Shown one piece after another: positions 23,890 through 31,723 of a DNA stretch of 32,000 nt (position 1 is the stretch's first letter; each line of letters begins with the position of its first letter). Below the pieces are notes generated by a model. The model did no database searches and was not told the origin of the DNA. It saw nothing but the letters and a program-made list of their open reading frames with translations. Source of the DNA: Pyrodictium abyssi (GTDB lineage Archaea > Thermoproteota > Thermoprotei_A > Sulfolobales > Pyrodictiaceae); contig NZ_AP028907.1 of assembly GCF_036323395.1 (NCBI RefSeq), positions 420,001 to 452,000 on the forward strand. The letters run 5' to 3'. A program made the position numbers and the translations under genes.

Positions 23890-24540
23890 CTAGCTCACGC
23901 TAACAGGTGTAACCTCCACGTAGACCGGGATGGTGTCGAACATAGCACCCTCCCTCACCTGGTAGTAGACAATAGCGTCGAAGACCACAGGCCCGGAGGA
24001 GAGGTCGCCGCTATCCAGCACCATGACAGCGGTAGGCGCGTCTAAGCCGACCACAGCCTTAACCTCCCTGCCACCAGTCCCAGCCTTAGCCAGCACCACG
24101 TCTAAGCGGCTAAAGTAGCGCCTCAACACATCAGCGTTAGTAATGTTGACGACGAGCTTCGCGACATCAACGTCCGGGCCCGGAGACACCACGAGCCAGC
24201 CAGGATAGACAAGCTCGCCCACAGCACCAGAAGAGCTAGAGACGGACAACACACCAGCGGTGGACACCGTCACAGGCTCAGCAGCAGCCGAAGCCTCGCC
24301 GACAGCCCAGCCGCCCCCAGCAGCCCCGGAGCCGCCCGCACCATACCCGGGGGAGGCTACGCTAGAGCCCTGTACACCGCTAGGCGCCGGGGTGTAGGGC
24401 ACGCTAGCGGGGCCCGGTTGCTGGCCGCCAGTCTCCGTGGCGAAAGCACCTAGAAGCACTATGGCGGCGAGCGAGAACACTACAGCCGCCAGGCCGGCAA
24501 CGACGACACTGTTACCCATACTACGGCACGCCCTACACAT
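23890..24540 (-). CDS. secreted/anchored hypothetical protein, paralog A of a three-member family (signal peptide, Gly/Ser/Ala/Pro linker, conserved C-terminal domain)
   Basis: The N-terminal hydrophobic segment VVVAGLAAVVFSLAAIVLLGAFA/TE has an AxA-like cleavage site. The low-complexity linker is GYGAGGSGAAGGG. The C-terminal 110 aa align with 29140..29859 (DVDVAKLVVNITNADVLRRYFSRLDVV...EVKAVVGL...VMVLDSGDLSSG...YYQVREGAMFDTIPVYVEV). Confidence 0.7.
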   Translation of the reverse strand: MCRACRSMGNSVVVAGLAAVVFSLAAIVLLGAFATETGGQQPGPASVPYTPAPSGVQGSSVASPGYGAGGSGAAGGGWAVGEASAAAEPVTVSTAGVLSVSSSSGAVGELVYPGWLVVSPGPDVDVAKLVVNITNADVLRRYFSRLDVVLAKAGTGGREVKAVVGLDAPTAVMVLDSGDLSSGPVVFDAIVYYQVREGAMFDTIPVYVEVTPVSVS

Positions 24541-24566
24541 GCATGCTGTGGACCAGCCGGGCAGAA

Positions 24567-24572
24567 CTATAA
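24567..24572 (-). promoter_or_regulatory. TATA-like element for paralog A (near-leaderless)
   Basis: The minus strand reads TTATAG, centred about 30 nt upstream of the ATG at 24540. Confidence 0.35.
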
Positions 24573-25111
24573 GGCTTGCCTCAGCCGCTGGCCCGGCTAC
24601 GCACCGATAACAGTGTTACAGATGACGCCAGATGGTTAGTATCGCTAGAGGTACAGAAACCACTACTATTTCTACTTCTACGACGTAGCTGATACGCGGA
24701 CACCAGAAAAATGTGGGCAACACTTAAGATAGAAAGCTACTAACGAAGTAGACAGCGGGTACACGGCACAGAGCTTATATAGCGTGCGGAGGCAGAGCCA
24801 CAGATACCCGCGCAGGAAGAACGAGGCTCGGCCAAGCACTACACAGCGGTAACAAGGCGTCCTCACACTCAAGGAGCTGGCGGCAGGGCCTCACCCCCTC
24901 ACCGGAGGGATCACAGCCCCCTGCCGCCCCGGTGGGTGAGGAGAGCCCCGGCTGCCGCCCTCGCCCGTCTCTAATACTCGGTCAATTCCCTAGTTTAAGC
25001 ATTTCTAACCATAGGATTAGCCGGGCTAGCACAGCCGCATTATTCCCCGTCGCGCAGACCAGGAGAGAGGGAGCCACGCCCCGCCACACCCTCCCCCGGC
25101 AGGCGCCAAGG

Positions 25112-26092
25112 GTGTCCCCAGCGGTGAGGACCGTCGCCGAGAAGAGGCTCGGCAGCGAGCCCCGCGGAGTAGCATGGAGCCCCCAGGGCTTCCTAGCAGT
25201 AGCCGAGCACTACAAGCGCGTATCAATACTCAGCCCGGGCCTCGAGCCCGTCTGGGCCCGTAGCCCCGGCCTCTACCTCACCGGCGCCCTCGCCTGGAGC
25301 CCCAGGGGCCGCATGCTCGCCGTCGCCGCGCGCTACGGCAGCCTCAGCCCAGCGGGCTTCACAGTCTACGACGTCTCCGAGGCGGTGGGCGCCAGGAGCC
25401 TCACAGCCTGGCTCCGCCGCGCCCGCAGGCTCCACCGCGTCTACACCACCGGCGCCGTCTACAGCCTAGCCTGGAGCCCGGACGGAGGCCTCCTAGCAGC
25501 AGGCAGCAGCATCGACCGCTGGATCCTGGTCTACCGGGCCCGGCGGAGCGGCCCCGAGCCCGCCTGGGAGTGGAGCGTCCAGGGGCTCCACCGCCTCCTA
25601 TTCACCAGCCGCGACCACCTCTACGTCTACAGCCTCGCCTGGAGCCCCCGCGGGGGCCTACTAGCCGCGGCGGGCGGCAGCGGAGGCGAGGGCTTCACAG
25701 CCCTCTTCACCCGCGATGGCGTCCTCCAGCGCCTCTCCAGGCTAAGCTGGACCTGCTTCTCCGTGTCCTGGAGCCCCGACGAGAGCTTCATAGCCGTGGC
25801 CTGCCGCGACAGCCTCCGCGTCTACGACGCCGAGACCGGCGCCCTGGTATGGCGGAGCCCCGAAGGCTGGTACACCAACGTGGCCTGGCTCGACCAGGAC
25901 ACCCTAGCGGCCACGACCAGGACAAGGCTCCACCTCTACACCTGGATAGGCCTAGAAGCCAAGCCCGAGCACACGGTGGAAGTGGCGGGCTTCACCGAGC
26001 CCGGCACAGGGCTCTCCCACCACCCCGGCACAGGGCGCCTCGCTGTAGCAGACACAGCGGGCCGGCGCGTAGTAGTGCTAGAGCCGGGGTAG
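25112..26092 (+). CDS. WD40-like beta-propeller repeat protein
   Basis: Six to seven repeats carry the motif (A/S)WSP(D/R/Q)G..LA(A/V): VAWSPQGFLAV, LAWSPRGRMLAV, LAWSPDGGLLAA, LAWSPRGGLLAA, VSWSPDESFIAV. The start is set at the first in-frame GTG after a TATA-like TTTAAGCA at 24994. The ORF track starts at 24932 in a low-complexity region. Confidence 0.65.
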   Translation: MSPAVRTVAEKRLGSEPRGVAWSPQGFLAVAEHYKRVSILSPGLEPVWARSPGLYLTGALAWSPRGRMLAVAARYGSLSPAGFTVYDVSEAVGARSLTAWLRRARRLHRVYTTGAVYSLAWSPDGGLLAAGSSIDRWILVYRARRSGPEPAWEWSVQGLHRLLFTSRDHLYVYSLAWSPRGGLLAAAGGSGGEGFTALFTRDGVLQRLSRLSWTCFSVSWSPDESFIAVACRDSLRVYDAETGALVWRSPEGWYTNVAWLDQDTLAATTRTRLHLYTWIGLEAKPEHTVEVAGFTEPGTGLSHHPGTGRLAVADTAGRRVVVLEPG

Positions 26093-26115
26093 AGAGGGGG
26101 CGAGCCCCCCGGGGG

Positions 26116-27066
26116 CTACCCGGCCTCGAGCACCTCAACCCGGGCAGCCAGGGGCACCCTATCCACCAGCAGCCCCTCCCGGGCCTCATAGTACACCCGC
26201 GCCCCCAGCACAGCAGCACCGTCCACGAAGCTCCCGCCGTCGAGCACCACTACGGCCTCCGGCCGGTCGAGGCTCATAGCGGCCTCCCCCAGCTCCAGCA
26301 TCTGGACCCTAGCCCGGGCAGACATGTCCAGCACCACATGGTCCTTGCCTATGGTGGCGTTAACCACTACTACGAGCCCGTCACCGGTCATGTTTATCAC
26401 AACGTAGTCGCCTGGCTGCATGAACGTGGCTACATTATCTTCTATCGTGCTGTCGTCAGCGTACCGGAGGTCCACGTTGTAGCATGTGTAGGGCAGCGGC
26501 CAGACATGTATCACAAGGCCCTTCTTGAGCTTCTCGCGGTCAAAGCTAGTGATTACCGTTTCTGACTGGTATCGGCTGTTAGTGACCACTATCCTGTCCA
26601 GTGTGCTCCAGAGCCGGTCCACCTGAGGCCCCAGCGCGGCGGAGAGGTTACCGTACACGTCCACGAGGACGTCGTTGACCCCCGCCTCGCCGCTGTAGAG
26701 GCTTACGCTCCGCCACCCGCCCTCGCCCAGGAACACGAGCTGCGGCGACACGAGGAGGCTCCGGAAGACACTGCGGAGCACATCGACGTCGCCGAGGCTT
26801 ATACGGAGCTTAACGTAGTCCACGTCGCCCCTCTTCTCCACTACTATCCAGTCGAGGTCCCCTACTACTCCGCGGGCCCCGCTAGAGACGTCGAGGAGCA
26901 AGCTCCTAGCATGCACGTCCACGGGCTCGCTCACGGCCGACGCGGCGGCTGCTGCGCCCGCAGAGCCGCCTAGCTGCCGGAGCGCTAGCGTAGCCGCTAG
27001 AGCTACCAGCAAAAGCGCTAGAGTAGGCACAACGCCTCGAGCCCTGCGGTTATATACCCAGCGCAT
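26116..27066 (-). CDS. secreted hypothetical protein, paralog B (the conserved domain appears split by a large insertion)
   Basis: N-terminus MRWVYNRRARGVVPTLALLLVALAATLAL...AAASA/VS. DVDYVKLRISLGDVDVLRSVFRSLLVS aligns with the first half of the A/C domain. AVVVLDGGSFVDGAAVLGARVYYEAREGLLVDRVPLAARVEV aligns with the second half. About 130 unrelated residues lie between. Confidence 0.7.
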   Translation of the reverse strand: MRWVYNRRARGVVPTLALLLVALAATLALRQLGGSAGAAAAASAVSEPVDVHARSLLLDVSSGARGVVGDLDWIVVEKRGDVDYVKLRISLGDVDVLRSVFRSLLVSPQLVFLGEGGWRSVSLYSGEAGVNDVLVDVYGNLSAALGPQVDRLWSTLDRIVVTNSRYQSETVITSFDREKLKKGLVIHVWPLPYTCYNVDLRYADDSTIEDNVATFMQPGDYVVINMTGDGLVVVVNATIGKDHVVLDMSARARVQMLELGEAAMSLDRPEAVVVLDGGSFVDGAAVLGARVYYEAREGLLVDRVPLAARVEVLEAG

Positions 27067-27104
27067 CTTGCCGCCCGTGACTAGCGGAGCGCAGGTTTGT
27101 TACG

Positions 27105-27110
27105 TATAAA
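27105..27110 (-). promoter_or_regulatory. TATA-like element for paralog B
   Basis: The minus strand reads (G)TTTATA(C), about 40 nt upstream of the ATG at 27066. Confidence 0.4.
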
Positions 27111-27317
27111 CTCAACGGACAGGACACACAAGCAGCCCGCCCGTTGCATATAACCCCAGTCCCGGCGATATACAACAAGCCGGTCCAACAGGACGCGGAA
27201 ATCAGGACAACACTCGCCCAGTTATAAAACCGGCTAAGCAGCCCAGCCCCGAACAACGCTGCGGGCGGTAATTACAGAGAAACAGCCCTAAGACATACCT
27301 CTAGGGGCGGCGGCGCA

Positions 27318-27740
27318 GTGATAGAGCCCGCGACGCTGATAGCCCTAGCCGCGCTAGCCATGGCCACGCTCAGCCTAGCCCGCACCCGCGGCCTCCACGC
27401 GAAGAAAGACAACACAGCCAGCCAGCCGGGCACACAGGGCCCCGGAGAGGTAGAGCTAGCCCAGGCAGCACTAGACGAGCGCGACATAGCCATACTAGAG
27501 CTGCTGGACAGCAACGGCCCCATGGGCGTAAGCGAGATCGCACGCAGACTAGGCCTAAACAAGTCCACCGCATGGAGGAAACTGCGCAAACTAACCAACA
27601 TGAACATAGTCGAGAGGATAACCCAGAACGGGAGACCCCTCTACCGCCTACGCCGAGAAACAGCCGCCACAGGCGAGAAGCAACAGAGCATAGCGGCGAG
27701 CATAGTAGAGCAGCTCCGCAGGAAAAACAGGCAAGCCTAA
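27318..27740 (+). CDS. winged helix-turn-helix transcription regulator with N-terminal hydrophobic anchor
   Basis: GTG start. N-terminal IEPATLIALAALAMATLSLA. LDERDIAILELLDSNGPMGVSEIARRLGLNKSTAWRKLRKLTNMNIVERI is a MarR/ArsR/TrmB-type wHTH. Confidence 0.7.
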   Translation: MIEPATLIALAALAMATLSLARTRGLHAKKDNTASQPGTQGPGEVELAQAALDERDIAILELLDSNGPMGVSEIARRLGLNKSTAWRKLRKLTNMNIVERITQNGRPLYRLRRETAATGEKQQSIAASIVEQLRRKNRQA

Positions 27741-27743
27741 GCC

Positions 27744-28241
27744 CTAGACACCACCAGCCACACGGCCGCCCAGCTCCTCCAAGAACCTCTCAACACGCCC
27801 AACCATAGCCCCGAAATGCCTCTCGTCGCCCACGCCCTCCCGGAAGGCCACGAAAGCAGCCAGCCCAGCATACCACGCATCAGCCACAGAGCCAACCTCG
27901 CCCATAGCCTCCGAGACAAGCCCCCAGTACCCGGCAAGCCCCTCCGGCCGGCCACCACCACGCAGGTAGCCAAGCGCATCCAGCCCGAGAAGAACCGAGG
28001 CCCAGACACGGCGGAAAGCTTCCCCAAGCCTACCCTCCTCAGCCAGAGCCCGGGCGTGCTCAAGACTCATATGAGCAGCCTCAAGCAGCGCCCGCGGCCT
28101 CTCACCCGGCTCAACAAGCCTCAGAAGCATCCCTACCATAACAGCCTCCGGAGTACTCCCCCTCTCCTCGGCCTCACGCTCCAACGCCCTAAGGACGGAG
28201 TCCGGGACGGGAAGAGACCCGGGCAAAACACAGCCCACCAT
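27744..28241 (-). CDS. RHH-like N-terminus fused to a PaREP1-family (HEPN-like) domain
   Basis: SVLRALEREAEERGSTPEAVMVGMLLRL resembles a CopG/RHH strand-helix-helix. ALLEAAHMSLEHARALAEEGRLGEAFRRVWASVLLGLDALGY...VADAWYAGLAAFVAFREG...VERFLEEL follows the PaREP1 pattern (A..ll..G.l..A.eK.W.A...a.ka.a......lw..a..lH..FYe). Near-leaderless, with TTTAAC about 25 nt upstream. Confidence 0.6.
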   Translation of the reverse strand: MVGCVLPGSLPVPDSVLRALEREAEERGSTPEAVMVGMLLRLVEPGERPRALLEAAHMSLEHARALAEEGRLGEAFRRVWASVLLGLDALGYLRGGGRPEGLAGYWGLVSEAMGEVGSVADAWYAGLAAFVAFREGVGDERHFGAMVGRVERFLEELGGRVAGGV

Positions 28242-28288
28242 CTATAACACTGCACGGGAGAAGTTAAACACCTAACCCCCGGCAGCCC

Positions 28289-28318
28289 GGTACATACACC
28301 GGTACACGCGCGGGTACA
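28289..28318. repeat. three direct GGTACA(Y) repeats with 12-nt period, upstream of the PaREP1-like gene promoter
   Basis: GGTACAtacaccGGTACAcgcgcgGGTACAcc, with copies at 28289, 28301 and 28313. This places them about 50-75 nt upstream of the ATG at 28241 on the minus strand. Confidence 0.5.
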
Positions 28319-28981
28319 CCCGCCAGGACACATTCCAGCAACCCGCACAGGTAAAGACAAAAGCTAAAATGTTAGCAGACACGCAGCTAGACGTGGAGCA
28401 CCTACGAGCTAGCTCTACTACGCCAGGCCCAGGAGGCAGCCCCATGCAGGGTAACATCCAAGCCCGGTGTACACAAGTAAGCACATAAACTAGTAAGACA
28501 ACATTTAGAAGTAGTAGCATCACATGCTAAACGTTGCACCAGCATAGTACTAGGGCAGGGCGGCACACTAGCTAGCCCAGACACGCAGAGCTGAAGGCGC
28601 GGCTCCATGTGTAGTATCACTCATACTGTAGGCTTACAGCTACAGCGATAAGACAACAGCTGCACACGTAAAGCTCTATCTATGCAAGGTTATAGGATAG
28701 TCTTACTCAGCGGCACTGGTGTAGGGGCTAGCTAGCAGAGTGCATGCTCATTGGGCTGTGCGGTGCACTGTAATATCCATTGTCTGGTGGAACACATAAG
28801 GAATAGAGGTTAATGCTTAAAGCACAGCTAGCTTACACACAGCTAGGGGTCTGATAATGCACACGGTATAGCGGTACTATAACTCTGCTACGCGTAAGCC
28901 GCGCCTCTGATAATATATCCCTGCGGCTTCGGTATTGCCTCTGTACTCGTAGAGTGGTCTCGGTAGCCAACAAACAGTACA

Positions 28982-28989
28982 TTTATATA
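28982..28989 (+). promoter_or_regulatory. consensus TATA box about 150 nt upstream of paralog C
   Basis: TTTATATA. The predicted transcript start near 29012 implies a leader of about 125 nt containing the hairpins GGAGAGTC...GACTCTCC (29029-29070) and CCCCCGG-GGCT-CCGGGGG. Confidence 0.45.
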
Positions 28990-29139
28990 ATCAGGTGAAA
29001 ACCATAGTACCCCGGCGGCCGGGGGAGAGTCCAGCCTAGAGAGTGCCAGACGAGATGACGCTGACTCTCCACGCGGGCTACTGGCGAGGACGCATCGTGG
29101 CCCGGACTTATCCCCCGGGGCTCCGGGGGTGCGTAGGCC

Positions 29140-29859
29140 GTGTACATGTACGATAACAGCAACAATACGATCATGGCTGTAAGCCTGCTACTGCTGGTTG
29201 TATCGCTCGCAGGGCTAGCCGTGATAGCTGTCTTCGCTAGCCAGGACTACTCCTACTACACGGGCCCCACGGTCTCCAACACCCCGCAGAGCAGGTACGT
29301 GGACGAGAGCACGGCTGGAGAGGTATACGATTACATGAAGGAGCCTGAGTGGGAGATAGGCGAGAACGGCTACCAGCAGACAGAGACAACAACCACCGCC
29401 ACCACGACCACGGCAACAGCTACAGAGACAGTCACGTCGACAGAGGCTGGAGCCGCAGTAGGCGGTATGGAGGGCACTGTACAGGTAACAGTATCGGCTC
29501 TACCGCTCGAGATAAGCAGCGTCCTAGGCCCCTCGGGCCAGTTTGTACAGCACAGCTGGATGACGATAACAGCAGCCCAGGACGTAAACGTGGCCAAGAT
29601 AGTGCTAACATTGGCGAACGCTAAGCAGCTCCAGGGCTACTTCAACCAGCTCGACGTCGTAGTAATAGACCCGTCTGACGGCGAGGTAAAAGCAGTACTA
29701 AGCATACTCAAGCCGACCGTGGTACTAGTGCTCGACAAGGACGAGCTATCAGCTGGCGTAGTCACGCTTGACGCGGCTATACACTACGAGAGCCATGAGG
29801 GCGTAACCTTCGACACGCTCCCGGTCATTGTGGAGGCGAGGGTCGAGAGCGTAAGCTGA
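29140..29859 (+). CDS. secreted/anchored hypothetical protein, paralog C (signal peptide, Thr-rich linker, conserved C-terminal domain)
   Basis: The hydrophobic segment AVSLLLLVVSLAGLAVIAVFA/SQ has an AxA-like site. The linker is TETTTTATTTTATATETVTST. The C-terminal domain is DVNVAKIVLTLANAKQLQGYFNQLDVV...EVKAVLSIL...VLVLDKDELSAG...HYESHEGVTFDTLPVIVEA. Alternative starts are ATG 29146 and ATG 29173. Confidence 0.7.
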   Translation: MYMYDNSNNTIMAVSLLLLVVSLAGLAVIAVFASQDYSYYTGPTVSNTPQSRYVDESTAGEVYDYMKEPEWEIGENGYQQTETTTTATTTTATATETVTSTEAGAAVGGMEGTVQVTVSALPLEISSVLGPSGQFVQHSWMTITAAQDVNVAKIVLTLANAKQLQGYFNQLDVVVIDPSDGEVKAVLSILKPTVVLVLDKDELSAGVVTLDAAIHYESHEGVTFDTLPVIVEARVESVS

Positions 29860-30269
29860 GAGCGCTAGGCTAGGCGCCGCAGCCCTAGCACGATAATGCC
29901 CCGTACGGCTCCCAGGTCACCTTCTCCTTTCCCCAGGCCCGGGGGTTCCTGGTGGTGTCTTCTCCCGTGTTCTCCCCCCGGGTGCCCTGTGGGCCTCAGG
30001 GCTGTGGGCTCGGTCCTCGGTGCTGGGAGGATGGGGGAGAAGGAGGAGGGGGGCGGCGGGCTGTGGGGCGGCGAGGGCGGCAGCCGGGGCTCCTCCGCGT
30101 TCTTCTGGCGGGCTGTTCCGCCGGGTGCTAGTGTTCTGGTCCTGGGTGCTAGAAAACATGGGCGGAGGAATTGCCTTACATGACATGTTCCGCAAGTTTT
30201 AACAAGACGGCTCCTCTATATGGCTGGGTGTTCCTTGTCTACATGAGGTGTTCCGTCTGGGGCCGGTTC

Positions 30270-31723
30270 CTAGTATATGCAGCGTTCCTCCAGTAGCAGG
30301 TCTAGCCGGTACTCCTCTATCACGGATAGCCCCGCGGTGGGTGTGGCCACGTTGAGGCGGAACCGGTGAACCGTCTCCTTCCGGCCCTGCTCTGTGAGCC
30401 TCACGTCAACCCCTAGCGAGTCTACGTCTAGCCTTATGTCGGCTATGGAGCGGAGTACGCGTAGGAGCTTCTTCTCCTCGGGGGCGGCGTCCACGGAGTA
30501 GATGTAGAAGGTTGTTACTCCCTCGCTGCGTAGCCGGAGCAGTGTGTTGATGAGCGGGTTCTCGGCCTCGCTGCCGTATAGGCTCTCTACCAGCTCTATG
30601 CCGTCTAGAATAAGTATTGTGGGTGCTTCTCTCTCGACGAGGGAGGCTACTAGCGGAGGTATATGGGCGGGGATGTGCGCGGTCGGGTTAACCGTCTCGA
30701 GGACTATCTCTTCGCCGGGTTTCTCTGTCGGCTATTATCCTGTAGATGCAAGACACCATCTTGCCTAGGAACCGCAGTGAGGACCGGAAGCTCATGATAG
30801 CCACTTTCCCATTGCTGCACCGCTGTAGTGTGGCCGCGAAGAACGGTACTATGAAGCAGCTCGAGGTGCTCTCGGAGAGGGATACGAGCACCTGGGCGCC
30901 CGGGTAGAAGTGCACTGAGGCCATGAGGTCTGGGGGCGCGGGGCCGCCGGTGAGTGTGAGCACTCTGGTTATGAACTCCCGCCTCCCCTCGCGGGCGACG
31001 CGCATCATGTCTAGCAGGCTGTAGCTTCTTTCGGCTTCTGTAGCGGCTTCTCTCCCCGGCTCCTCGGGCGCGACCACCTCTATGACCTTGCTGGGGACTA
31101 TCTCGAAGGGGAGTTCCACCTGGTGTATGGGGCCTAGCGCGCCTTGCGCAGCTCCATTATGCGGTAGGCCTTGCCCCGTAGGGTTGTGAGGCGGAGCACT
31201 ATGACAGCGTCTACTACGAACTCCTTGACGCCGTAGCCGACTGTCTTGGCGCCGTAGGGGTGCTCCGCTATGAGCAGGGTTACGACGCCTAGCTTCTTCA
31301 TAGCGTTTACGAAGAAGTTCTGCATGAACTCGCGGGCACGGGTCTTGTCGCCCACCATCTGTAGTATGACCGTAACGCTGTTGACCACGAGCCTCCGTAT
31401 ACCGTGCTCCTCGACGAATTGGGCCATCTCCTCTAGCTGGGCTATCAGCGCCTCCTCGTCAACGACCGTGAGCGCCTCCATGTAGTGTACTAGGCCCTTC
31501 TCCTCGTAGGACCGGAGGTCCAGGCCGAGCCGCTTCATGTGCTCGAGGAACTCGTCGTGGGGCTCCACGAAGCTCACGTAGAGTCCGGGTTCGCCCCTCC
31601 GGGCCCCTCGTAGATGAACCGGGCTGCGAAGCTGGACTTACCCGTACCCGGGTTACCGGCCACAAGCACGATAGCGCCGCGGGGCACGCCGCCTAGCAGG
31701 CGGTCTAGCTCCTCAATACTCAA
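30270..31723 (-). pseudogene. KaiC/RecA-superfamily ATPase gene (two-domain, second P-loop degenerate) disrupted by at least three frame changes
   Basis: Minus-strand reading from the TTG at 31723 gives MSIEELDRLLGGVPRGAIVLVAGNPGTGKSSFAARFIYEG, then the frame is lost in a G4 run (+ strand CCCC at 31604-31607). It continues as (A)RRGEPGLYVSFVEPHDEF... (ORF 31134..31577) and stops at KAR*. The KaiC C-terminal motif HQVELPFEIVPSKVIEVV continues in another frame (ORF 30688..31119). A third shift near the A3 run (30720-30722) leads into an open frame to 30270 (ILILDGIELVESL = Walker B-like). Confidence 0.6.

Noticed and set aside
28385-28846. Apparent enrichment of AGCTAGC/GCTAGC palindromes as a specific binding motif
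   Set aside because: CTAG-containing words (CTAGCC, GCTAG) are frequent throughout this window, including inside genes. By eye the enrichment cannot be distinguished from background; it would need a genome-wide count.
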